Source: Callorhinchus milii (lineage: Eukaryota). Taken from it: a stretch of DNA of 64,000 nucleotides. Location of the stretch: contig NW_024704742.1 of NCBI RefSeq assembly GCF_018977255.1, positions 51,400,001 to 51,464,000 on the forward strand, given 5' to 3'. The translations under genes were made by a program, and so were the position numbers. Shown here in pieces: positions 40,442 to 52,189 of this stretch. Positions within the stretch are counted from its first letter, which is position 1, and every line of letters begins with the position of its first letter. The notes under the pieces are model-generated. The model worked only from the letters and a program-made list of their open reading frames with translations. It ran no database searches and had not been told where the DNA came from.

Positions 40442-40573
40442 AGCCTTTAGTTCCATATTACCCCTCATCCGAAACTCAATGGTTTTTCCCATGATGTACA
40501 CCCCTTCATTTCCACGCACAATGGCGTTTTCAGTAGCATGAATCTGAAGATCGGTGGTATGACTGCTGGTTAT
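40442..40573 (-). CDS. SGCB: Beta-sarcoglycan exon 5
   Basis: ttctag acceptor, gtgagt donor; ITSSHTTDLQIHATENAIVRGNEGVYIMGKTIEFRMRGNMELKA. Confidence 0.97.
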
Positions 40574-41903
40574 CTAGAAAGAACAACTAGAATTATTGAC
40601 AGTCATTTACACCAAGCATTTTTGTTCAACTGCACAAATGTCTACATTTCTATCATATTTATAGTTGTGTGGAAATTCTAATGGCAATATTTACCACTTT
40701 CTGCTTTTTATCAGAGGGCAATACTGATGTTATGTAGCAAGATATACAAAGAATCTAAACTGATAACATTAATCAGAGCTCCAACAGGCAATCTATAGAG
40801 TGAGAACTGAATCCCCTTTCTCACTTTAATAATTAATTCCTACAAATAGATATGGATACATATCTATAGTTACTGCTATTCATGGTACAGACCATATCGA
40901 ATGAATGACAACTGTCTTGTGAAAATAAACATGTTGCACAACACAGCTATATATACATACATGTGATATCATGAGCCTTGCTTCTTGAATGCCACACCCA
41001 CTGAACACATATAAATACATGGATCTGAGACCAGGATTGCTGCAGAAATATTTCTAGAGCATGTGTATAATTTCAAGGGTAAATTGAATTAATATTAGTA
41101 ACCTTCTAAAATCCTACCAATCTACCTGCTCCCTCCTGCTCCCTCCGCTTGGCAGGCACTGACTTGCTTCACGTCCCCCACCCTGCCACAACCATCATCA
41201 GCGGGCAGGCTTTCAGCCTTTCTGCTTCCACTGTCTGGAATTCCATCCTGGAGTCCCTTCACCTCGCCTCCTTTAAGTTTAATCCTAATTTGTAAAATTA
41301 TTTAAATTTTAATTCTTGCAGATATTAAGGATCCTATGGCACTATTTTCTCCATTTGTCCTGGCTAATATTCCTCCTGCCCTGTATAGCAAATTGTCAAT
41401 TGTTTCATTGCTGTTTGTGGGAAATTGCCAGTTCAAATTAATTATCATAGTAACCTATACAATAGTCACTCGACTGCAAGAAAAATTGTGTAAAATGCTT
41501 TGAAAGTTTAAACACAATAAAGTGCTAAATAAAAAGGGTATCAGGAAATCATGGTTCACATGGAGAAAAATACCAGAGAAAACCCGCAAGACCTATTTCT
41601 GGGTTGTAATGCTCTATAGTAAAATGCAAGAATCATTGTTTCTGAAGTCCAAGAAGTGAGTAAAATAAGTTTTGTATTAAATCCAAGACAGGCACAGAAA
41701 AGTTCAAACATGTGGACTAATAAGGAAAGCTGTGTCACCTGAGAAGGACAGTCAAGTTGATTCGAAACTTGCTCTAGTTATGTGAGGTGTGTTAAAGAGT
41801 TAAGGAAATCCTTTACAAAATATAAAACCCAGTGATAAGATAGGGGAGAGAGAGAGAAAAGCAACCTATTCTCTAATCTCATTCAGAAATTGTTTACACT
41901 AAC

Positions 41904-42095
41904 CCTTTCTGTAGATGCTTTCTGTACATTCAGCGTCTTCACCCCTTTAGGCAAATGGAACTCATGGGTTTCATAGTCGGTGCTGAACACAGTTTTCTGG
42001 GTTCGAGGATCAACAAAAGACATGCCAATGTCACTGGTGATAGATGTTTTGTCCTTCTCCACACTTAGCTTGGTTGTTCCCTGCTGAAATACCAC
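41904..42095 (-). CDS. SGCB: Beta-sarcoglycan exon 4
   Basis: ttcag acceptor, gttagt donor; VVFQQGTTKLSVEKDKTSITSDIGMSFVDPRTQKTVFSTDYETHEFHLPKGVKTLNVQKASTER. Confidence 0.97.
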
Positions 42096-43144
42096 CTGAA
42101 AGAGGACGGAACAACAAAGAGAATGATAAGAAATCCACGTTTCACATTAACACGTAATACACAAGACAGGGTGGCAGAAAAGCTTGAAGAAAATCCTCCC
42201 AGGTTACATTTTTTGCACTAGGAATAAAACAGCAGGTAAGTCATCCCAGGCTGCTCTCATCAACTTCACAATGGCTGGATCAAGCCCATCCCCCATCTCA
42301 GACCCAGAATAGTACTTCAGAAATTGTATAAATATTTATACAAATATAAAACTATATATGAAACAATATGATTTCTCATTTTTTTTAAACAAAACAAGTT
42401 TAAGAGAATTCCACACCTTTCTGAGATGACAACAAAACAGACACTTCACAGTAAAACTTGTTAAACTCTTTGAGATGTTTCACTCACGTGATAAGGTGCC
42501 ATGTCAAATTCAAGCACTATTATCATTATAACATTACATATTTGGGCATCACTATTGTACACAGGAAGTTAATAGTTAATTAAACCTGTACATTTTTATA
42601 CAAGTCGTCTTTTAGATTGCTCATCTTCCTGCTTAGAGCATGGTTTGGGACTAGTAAAATGAAATAAGTCCACTCCTACTATTAGTTGCAAAAAATTGTC
42701 ATATTCTCACATAATAAGCAGCTGATAACAATTTACACAAATTCTATAATAAACAGGAAACATATCCAACATTACTTATGTTTCTATCGATATGGGGATG
42801 TAACAACACTATCTGCTACTTTGAATGAATATGGATTCATATGGTACTAACCATCTCCTAGATACAAGGTGAAGAGCAGCAGAGGGAACAGGCAATCTTC
42901 ACCAGTGTCTCTGAACCTTTTTGAAACAAGCAAATTAGCTCAGTTTCTTCTTAAAATGTGGGCAGAACTTTAGTACATGAGCCTGTCAAGTTGCTCGTTC
43001 TTAAAGATATCCTTGGTGTGGCCCTGCAAGAAAGTTCTCACAGTCTGGGACTTGTCCTCGCGCAGAAACACTGATCCACACAACCTAGACAGAAATGTAT
43101 ATGGTGCACTGTAAACTCGATTGCGTGGTTAACCATGTACTCAC

Positions 43145-43330
43145 TGGTTGGTTGTTGCCTGTGATCAGCAGGTACTCATCTCGTCTGCCTCCCACTGTGC
43201 TCTTGTGCAAGGGATACACCACTCCCATGTCAGACACTTGCTTGAACCGCAGCAATCCTTCTTCATGAAACTCCATACTATCACAGCCATTGGGACCAAT
43301 ACGAATCACACCCCAGATAACAAGTGTGAT
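43145..43330 (-). CDS. SGCB: Beta-sarcoglycan exon 3
   Basis: ttccag acceptor, gtgagt donor; ITLVIWGVIRIGPNGCDSMEFHEEGLLRFKQVSDMGVVYPLHKSTVGGRRDEYLLITGNNQP. Confidence 0.97.
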
Positions 43331-43589
43331 CTGGAATGATAAAAAGTCAGGCTCCTTAAAACGCATGCAGAAATTAACTTAGTCCAGAATGTAACTTCTT
43401 GCTTCTGTTCTAAAAGAACATGGTGCAGACAATAAAGTAATTCACAAAATCACAAGAGAGGCTCAGATAAAGAAGGCTCTTTATCCTATTGACCTTATCC
43501 TTCCATAATAACCAACGAAACCTCCCCTCACAGCGTAAAACTGTTTCTAAAAATAATTCCAGAATCTGGCTTCAATCATCTTTCCCGGT

Positions 43590-43858
43590 ACTCCACCCGC
43601 CTCTGTTTAACTAGCAGTAAGTAGGAACCCAGTTATTAGTCGACTGGCGGATCACTTTTCTGAGGGTAATAATTCCTTCAAAAAAATAGATCAATCACTT
43701 CAATCCATGACTGTTTGTGGGACACTGCTGTGTGCAATTGGCTGCCGTGTTTTATCCACAAAATATAGTCAATTCACTTTACAATATATTCTGTGAAGCG
43801 CTTTGAGATGTCTTGAAGAATGATAAGGCGCTATATCAAATGTAAGGATTATTATTAC
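43590..43858 (+). mobile_element. SINE lacking its head
   Basis: Same family body and tail. Confidence 0.88.
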
Positions 43859-44354
43859 TACAAGTGGGACATTCTCCCATGATGAAAGGCCCATATAAGT
43901 GTAAATTATATTGTATTGTACAATTGTTACATATTAAGAATGACAATTTACTGAGTGTGATCCTGTAAATAGTTTTATCATTATATAAAATGTTAACAAG
44001 TAATTTCAACTACATGGTACTCCTTATAGTTATTGAATCTCATATGAAACATTGTATTTTTCCACCATTCTTTAAGATTGGTCATACAACTCAACCCCTT
44101 CTCACCCACCCCCAACAATTGCACACGTTCACACCCAAGTTTGATTTCAAGAATATTTGCTGTCTCGCAACCGCAACAAATTACAATTGTATAGCATCTT
44201 TCACATCAGGAGGGCATTCCAAGGCGCTGGACAGTTAGGGATTTGGACCTGAGCTAACCCTAAGTTAACTAAGAAAGTTCTGCGATGTTGTTATTAGCAT
44301 TTGGATTAATGTACCCTATTTTTAGCACAATCCAAAAATATTACAAATACTTAC

Positions 44355-44564
44355 GATTAAATTAATCAACGCCAGAATAAACATGAGGACAATTACACAA
44401 ATGGCAAGGTTGCCCTTACGTCCTCGGAGCCCGGTCCTGTGCAGTCTCTCTTCATCAATGGGAATATACCCGGCCTTGAAGTTGCTGTTGTGCTCCTTGT
44501 TTATATTCCTGCGATCAACAGCTTTCTCTCGCATGGAGCGACGAATGGGGCCATTTGAACTCTG
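44355..44564 (-). CDS. SGCB: Beta-sarcoglycan exon 2 (cytoplasmic domain and most of the TM helix)
   Basis: tttaag acceptor, gtaagt donor; QSSNGPIRRSMREKAVDRRNINKEHNSNFKAGYIPIDEERLHRTGLRGRKGNLAICVIVLMFILALINLI. Confidence 0.97.
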
Positions 44565-44919
44565 CTTAAAAATCAAAAAGGATTATTATTCAAAATCCAT
44601 GAACAAGCCCATTGTTCCCTTAAGAAAATGTTTTACTTTGAATCACTGAAAGCCTGAACTTAAAGTGGGTCAATAAAGAAAACTAAAATGGAAGCTTTGT
44701 TCAAAATCCAGGTTATATTCAAGATATTTTGGGCAACTCACAAAAAATAGAGGCCCAAATTCCATGTTTGTATACAAATATATGGTTGATATAAAAACTT
44801 ACTTCTTTGATTGCGCAATTTTATCTTTTCAATCATCTTCACTGAATGTTTACATTATTTTAAGTTGTGGATATCATATGTAAGTGCTTTAATTTTGTGC
44901 AAGTTGTGCTATTTGTGCT

Positions 44920-45310
44920 GTTCACCTTCAAAGCCCCTTACTTGCTCCCCCCTACCTCTCCAACCTCCTAACCCCATATCAGCCTGTCCGCTCCCTCCAC
45001 TTGGCGGACACCAGACTGCTTCAAGTCCCCCCGCACTTCCCGCTCCACCATTGGTGGTCGGGCATTCAGCATCTCTGCCCTCATACTCTGGAACTCTATC
45101 CCGCAATCCCTCTACCTCACCTCCTCTCTTGCCTCCTTCAAGTGCTGTCTGAAGACCTTCCTCTTCGACCATGACTTCGGCCATTCTCCAACCCCCAACC
45201 CCCCTGCCCTCCTCCCCTTCTGAATCCAACTCCCAGCTCAGGTCCAAAGCCCCTGGGACATCTTGGCGACATGAAGGGCGCAATACAAGTGTAATTTGTT
45301 GTTGTTGTTT
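44920..45310 (+). mobile_element. Old L2 3' fragment
   Basis: caccttcaaagccc, ctctggaactct, aagggcgcaatacaagtgtaatttg(ttg)n. Confidence 0.8.
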
Positions 45311-46079
45311 AGTCAACTAAACAGTTCCACAGGTGATAGGACTTAGCAACCAAGTCCATCATTAGAAAATATCAGTACAGTGATAAGGGAAAAGATCAGT
45401 ACGATGATCAGAGGTGAGGAGGACCTGACGTCCTCCCGACGTGAAAAGCGCTATATCAAATGCAAGGATTATTATTATTATTATTATTATTTTGATGTAC
45501 AGATGCTGCTGTCCGGAAATGTAAGCCCCAATCACAATAAGGGAGATACAAGACACTCCTTGAAGCAAGTGTCACCTTCTTACCACCAGGAGCTGTTACA
45601 GCTCTCACACAGCAGGTCCACTCACATCACAGTAAATCAACCTCAACTTTTTATGAAACATAGTTCACAGAAATAGCAAATACTGCAACTGCAACACATC
45701 ACTAAAACCTAATAATAACCAGTGACCATGGGCTGGAACTCACAGAGCTCTATAACTTGGTGAGTCTGTTTCTTTCTCTGATTCTGTCTTTGAGACTTTT
45801 TGGCGAAACGGGTGTCTAACACACGTGGATTGTTTTTACATTTAAACATCAAAATTTCCCCTTTGTCGAGGGCCTCCACCCTCTTGATTCCAACCCCCAG
45901 CTCGGATGCAAACCCTTAACAGTCGAGCGCCCTGGGACGTCCTTCCTACTTGAAGGCGCTGTACAAATGTCATTTGTTGGTGGTGGTGCTGCTAATCCTG
46001 GAAAGCTCTGGGCACAAACTGACAGGAGCCAAACTTTGGGGTCAACAGAAAATCTACTGATCTTCCTCCTAATGACTGA

Positions 46080-47042
46080 CAGTCACAACACAGCCACAGT
46101 CACACACACAGTCACACACACACACACATAGTCACACACACACACACACAGCCACAGTCACACACACACACACAGTCACACAGCCACACACAATCACACA
46201 CACACATAGTCACACACACACACAGTCACACACACACACAGTCACACACACACAGTCACACACACACACAGTCACACACACACAGTCACACACACACCAG
46301 TCACACACACAACACCACACCAGTCACACACACACAGTAACATCACCACACACCAGTCACACACACACATAGTCACACACACCACACACACACAGTCACA
46401 CACACCACATCAGTCACACACACACACAGTCACACACACAGCCAGTCACACACACACACCAGTCACACACACACAGTCACACACACACAGTCACCACAAC
46501 ACCACACATCAGTCACACACACACAGTCACACACCACACACAGTCACACACACACAGTCACAACACACACCACCACCAGTCACACACACACAGTCACACC
46601 CCCCCCCCACAGCCACACACACACACAGTCACACACACACACACCATCACACACACACAGTCACACACACACACCAGTCATCACACACACCAGTCACAGT
46701 CACACACACACACCACAGTCACACACACACACACACCACAGTCACACACACACAGTCACACACACACACACCACACACAGTCACACACACACACAGTCAC
46801 ACACACACACAGTCACACACACACAGTCACACACACAGTCACACACACACACACACACAGTCACACACACACACACACACCCCATCACACAGTCACACAC
46901 ACACACACACACTCACACACACCCCATCACACAGTCACACACCACACACACACACCACAGTCACACACACACACACACACACAGTCACACACACCACACA
47001 GTCACACACACACAGTCACACACACAGTCACACACACACAGT

Positions 47043-47073
<31 letters not shown>

Positions 47074-47092
47074 ACAGCCACAGTCACACAGA
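46080..47092. repeat. Degenerate (CA)n / CACACAGT microsatellite, about 1 kb, in SGCB intron 1
   Basis: Direct reading. Confidence 0.97.
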
Positions 47093-47179
47093 CAGTCCCC
47101 CGTGTGATCGACTACAACCCTCTCACCCACACACAGAGCGACATCACTGTCCCTCTCTCCGTCCCTCTCTCTCACTGAC

Positions 47180-47194
47180 CTGTTCACTCGCCAT
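47180..47194 (-). CDS. SGCB: Beta-sarcoglycan exon 1 coding part (MASEQ)
   Basis: Minus strand aagATGGCGAGTGAACAG|gtcagt: good Kozak context, phase-0 donor, ends in EQ like vertebrate SGCB exon 1, next to a GC-rich promoter. Confidence 0.88.
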
Positions 47195-47199
47195 CTTTC

Positions 47200-48140
47200 T
47201 CTCTGTCTCTGAACCTCCTCTCGGCCTCCACCACCGGCCCCGCGCACAGGGAGAGAGAGAGAGAGAGAGGCGGAGCAGCGGCCCCGACACACAGGCCTCC
47301 CCGCCCGGCCAGGCCCCGCCCCCCTCACCCCGGCCCCGCCCCCCCTCGCCCCGGCCCCCGCCCCTCTCACCCCGGCCCCGCCCCCCTCACCCCGACCCCG
47401 ACACACAGGCCTCCCCGCCCGCCAGGCCCCGCCCCTCACCCCGGCCCGCCCCCCTCGCCCCGGCCCCGCCCCTCTCACCCCGGCCCCGCCCCCCTCACCC
47501 CGACCCCGACACACAGGCCTCCCCGCCCGGCCAGGCCCCGCCCCTCACCCCGGCCCCGCCCCCCCTCGCCCCGGCCCCGCCCCTCTCACCCCGGCCCCGC
47601 CCCCCTCACCCGACCCCGACACACAGGCCTCCCCGCCCGCAGGCCCGCCCCCCTCACCCCGGCCCCGCCCCCCTTCACAGGCCTCCCCGCCCCGCCAGGC
47701 CACGCCCCCCCACCCCGGCCCCGCCCCCCCCACCCCGCCCCGCCCCCCTTCACAGGCCTCCCGCCCCGCCAGCCACGCCCCCCCACCCCGGCCCCGCCCC
47801 CCCCACCCCGGCCCCGCCCCCTCACAGCCTCCCCGCCCAGGCCCCGCCCCCCTTCACAGGCCTCCCCGCCCGGCCAGGCCCGCCCCCTCACCCCGGCCCC
47901 GCCCCCCCTCACCCCGGCCCCGCCCCCCTCACCCGGCCCCGCCCCCCTCACCCCGACCCCGCCCCCCCTCACCCCGGCCCCGCCCCCCCTCACCCCGGCC
48001 CCGCCCCCCCTCACCCCGGCCCCGCCCCTCACCCCCTTCCCCCGCCCCCCCTCACCCCCGACCCCGACCCCCCTCACCCTGACCCCGGCCCCGCCCCCCT
48101 CACAGGCCTCCCCGCCCCGCCCTCACCCCCCCCCCCGGGC
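47200..48140 (-). promoter_or_regulatory. SGCB GC-rich 5' region/promoter made of a degenerate C-rich tandem repeat with many GC boxes
   Basis: Repeated ccccggccccgcccccctca and acaggcctccccgccc units; many GGGGCGGG on the minus strand directly upstream of SGCB exon 1. Confidence 0.75.
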
Positions 48141-48221
48141 GGCCCGATCTCAGCTGAACAGGGAGCGCCCCTGAGTTCCCCCACAGCCTCAGCACATGGT
48201 ACATCCCGAGTCACAGGTCAC

Positions 48222-50540
48222 TGAGTCTGTGCAGTAATAACACAGCAATAATACTGAGAGCACAGTAATAACAGCAATAACACTGAGAGCACAGTAATAA
48301 CAGCAATAATACTGAGAGAGTACAGTAATAACAGCAATAACACTGAGAGCACAGTAATAACAGCAATAACACTGAGAGCACAGTAATAACAGCAATAATA
48401 CTGAGAGCACAGTAATAACAGCAATAACACTGAGAGCACAGTAATAACAAATAATACTGAGAGCACAGTAATAACAGCAATAATACTGAGAGCACAGTAA
48501 TAACAGCAATAATACTGAGAGCACAGTAATAACAGCAATAATACTGAGAGAGTACAGTAATAACAGCAATAACACTGAGAGCACAGTAATAACAGCAATA
48601 ACACAGAGCACAGTAATAACAGCAATAACACTGAGAGCACAGTAATAACAGCAATAACACTGAGCACAGTAATAACAGCAATAATACTGAGAGCACAGTA
48701 ATAACAGCAATAATACTGAGAGCACAGTAATAACAGCAATAACACTGAGTACAGTAATAACAGCAATAACACTGAGAGCACAGTAATAACAGCAATAATA
48801 CTGAGAGCACAGTAATAACAGCAATAATACTGAGAGTACAGTAATAACAGCAATAACACTGAGAGCACAGTAATAACAGCAATAATACTGAGAGCACAGT
48901 AATAACAGCAATAATACTGAGAGCACAGTAATAACAGCAATAATACTGAGAGCACAGTAATAACAGCAATAATACTGAGAGCACAGTAATAACAGCAATA
49001 ATACTGAGAGCACAGTAATAACAGCAATAATACTGAGAGCACAGTAATAACAGCAATAACACTGAGAGCACAGTAATAACCAATAATACTGAGAGCACAG
49101 TAATAACAGCAATAATACTGAGAGCACAGTAATAACAGCAATAATACTGAGAGCACAGTAATAACAGCAATAATACTGAGAGAGTACAGTAATAACAGCA
49201 ATAACACTGAGAGCACAGTAATAACAGCAATAACACTGAGAGCACAGTAATAACAGCAATAACACAGAGCACAGTAATAACAGCAATAATACTGAGAGCA
49301 CAGTAATAACAGCAATAATACTGAGAGCACAGTAATAACAGCAATAACACTGAGTACAGTAATAACAGCAATAACACTGAGAGCACAGTAATAACAGCAA
49401 TAATACTGAGAGCACAGTAATAACAGCAATAATACTGAGAGTACAGTAATAACAGCAATAACACTGAGAGCACAGTAATAACAGCAATAACACTGAGAGC
49501 ACAGTAATAACAGCAATAATACTGAGAGTACAGTAATAACAGCAATAACACTGAGAGCACAGTAATAACAGCAATAACACTGAGAGCACAGTAATAACAG
49601 CAATAATACTGAGAGCACAGTAATAACAGCAATAATACTGAGAGCACAGTAATAACAGCAATAACACTGAGAGCACAGTAATAACAGCAATAACACTGAG
49701 AGCACAGTAATAACAGCAATAATACTGAGAGCACAGTAATAACAGCAATAATACTGAGAGCACAGTAATAACAGCAATAATACTGAGAGCACAGTAATAA
49801 CCAATAATACTGAGAGCACAGTAATAACAGCAATAATACTGAGAGCACAGTAATAACAGAAATAATACTGAGAGAGTACAGTAATAACAGCAATAACACT
49901 GAGAGCACAGTAATAACAGCAATAATACTGAGAGCACAGTAATAACAGCAATAATACTGAGAGCACAGTAATAACAGCAATAATACTGAGAGAGTACAGT
50001 AATAACAGCAATAACACTGAGAGCACAGTAATAACAGCAATAACACTGAGAGCACAGTAATAACAGCAATAATACTGAGAGCACAGTAATAACAGCAATA
50101 ATACTGAGAGCACAGTAATAACAGCAATAACACTGAGAGCACAGTAATAACCAATAATACTGAGAGCACAGTAATAACAGCAATAATACTGAGAGCACAG
50201 TAATAACAGAAATAATACTGAGAGCACAGTAATAACAGCAATAATACTGAGAGCACAGTAATAACCAATAATACTGAGAGCACAGTAATAACAGCAATAA
50301 CACTGAGAGCACAGTAATAACCAATAATACTGAGAGCACAGTAATAACAGCAATAATACTGAGAGCACAGTAATAACAGCAATAACACTGAGAGCACAGT
50401 AATAACAGCAATAATACTGAGTACAGTAATAACACAGCAATAATACTGAGAGCACAATAATAACAGCAATAATACTGAGACAGCACAGTAATAATACTGA
50501 GGGTTAGCACAGTAATAACACAGAGAGTGAGCACAGCACA
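48222..50540. repeat. 29-bp minisatellite, roughly 75-80 copies
   Basis: Unit GAGAGCACAGTAATAACAGCAATAA(T/C)ACT with 26-, 27- and 31-bp variants; degenerates at the right end. Confidence 0.97.
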
Positions 50541-50549
50541 GTTACTACT

Positions 50550-50750
50550 TTCCTGGGATAATAATCCCTGAAAAAAAAATTGGTGACTCAAACCACCACT
50601 GTTTGTGGGACACTGCGGTGAGTACTCGGCCGCTGCGTCTCTCCCACAAAACACGCGGTTAATCCATTTACAGTATATTCTGTGAAGCGCTTTGTGACGT
50701 CTCAACGACGTGATCAGGCGCTACATCAAATGCAAAGGTTATTATTATTA
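50550..50750 (+). mobile_element. SINE 3' half abutting the 29-bp minisatellite
   Basis: Same family body and tail. Confidence 0.85.
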
Positions 50751-51029
50751 CATGTTAGAGGCATGGATTGGGGGGGGTTTGACTGTGTTCGGGGGAGTAA
50801 GTGGCAGCAATAATCACAATAATTGGGATCACTTCAATTAGGAATTGTTTTACTCGCAGGAATTTCACGGGAAATTCTCCCTCCATCGGCTGCAGATCAT
50901 CCAGAACTCACCCGACTCCACTGGTTTCCCATCACACACAGGATACAGTTCAAGATCCTGGTCCTCACTTTCAAAGCCCTCTGTGGTCTTGCTCCCCCCT
51001 CCCTCTGCAACCTCCTAACCCCCTGCCAT

Positions 51030-51848
51030 CCTCAGGCGCCAACACCATCAGCATCCAAGGCTGCACTCTCCACCTCTCAAAGCCGTCAGGAACCTCGGTG
51101 TTCTGTTCGACCCTGAGCTGTCCTTTCTCCCCCATATCCGCACCACAACTGGCACCGCCTTCCATCACCTCCGGAACATCACCAGACTACGGCACTACCT
51201 CACCCCTCACGTGGCTGAAACCCTGGTCCACGCCTTTGTCACCTCAAGGCTGGACTACGGGAACTCTCTCCTCGCCGGCCTTCCCGGCACCTCCCTCCAC
51301 AAGCTGCAGGTCATTCAGAACTCTGCAGCTCGTGTACTGTCCCGCACCAGGACCACATCACTCCCACCCTCACTCACCTCCACTGGCTCCCCATCCCCCA
51401 GAGGATTGATTTCAAGATCCTCATCCTCACCTACAAGGCCATTCACGGCCTCGCTCCCTCCTACCTCTCCAACCTACTATCCCCCTACCTACCCGCCCGT
51501 ACCCTCCGTTCCTCTGGCTCCGGTCTGCTCCACATCCCCCGCCCCAACCGCCCTACTATCGGTGGCCGAGCCTTCAGCCTCTCAGCCTCGAGGCTCTGGA
51601 ACTCTATCCCCAGTGCCTTCGCCGCCTCCTCCCTTTCCTCCTTCAAGGCCGGTCTCAAGACCTTTCTCTTTGACAGTGCTTTCAGCTCCCCTCTCGACTC
51701 TCTACCCCCTCCTCGCTCCCTCCCTTCCCTCCCCTCACCCTGACCATTTCCCCCCTGCTCGGGTCATGACCCAACTGTGCAGCGCCTTGGGACGTCCTCC
51801 TGACGTGAAAGGCGCTTTATAAATGGAATCTTGTTGTTGTTGTTGTTG
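51030..51848 (+). mobile_element. Young L2 3' fragment, flanked by older L2 pieces (50880-51025 and 51860-52188)
   Basis: Near-identical reverse complement of about 22614-23415; (ttg)n tail. Confidence 0.94.
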
Positions 51849-52189
51849 CTTGCTCTCTCCGCTCAGCTCCTTCTTGCTTCACGTCCCCCGCCTCGCTCGC
51901 TCGCTCGCCCCACTATCGGCAGCCGGGCCTTCCGCCGCTCTGCCCCCCCCCCCCCCCCCCCGGTCTGGAACTCCATCCCGCAGCCCCTCCGCCTCGCCCC
52001 CTTCCTCGCCACCTTCAAGACCCACCTCAAGAACCCCTCCTCTTTCGATCTCCCTGCCTGCCTCCCCCCCACCTTTCCCCAGCCACCGACCTCCGCCCTC
52101 CCCCACCCGGACCAGCTTGGGTCGGTAACTCTGTCTGCGCGGCGCCTTGGGACGCCCTTGGCAGACGTCATGTTGTTGTTGTTGTTGCA

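Noticed and set aside
48222..50540. CRISPR-like array of ~29 bp repeats
   Set aside because: Units are head-to-tail with no unique spacers, there are no cas genes, and the context is vertebrate
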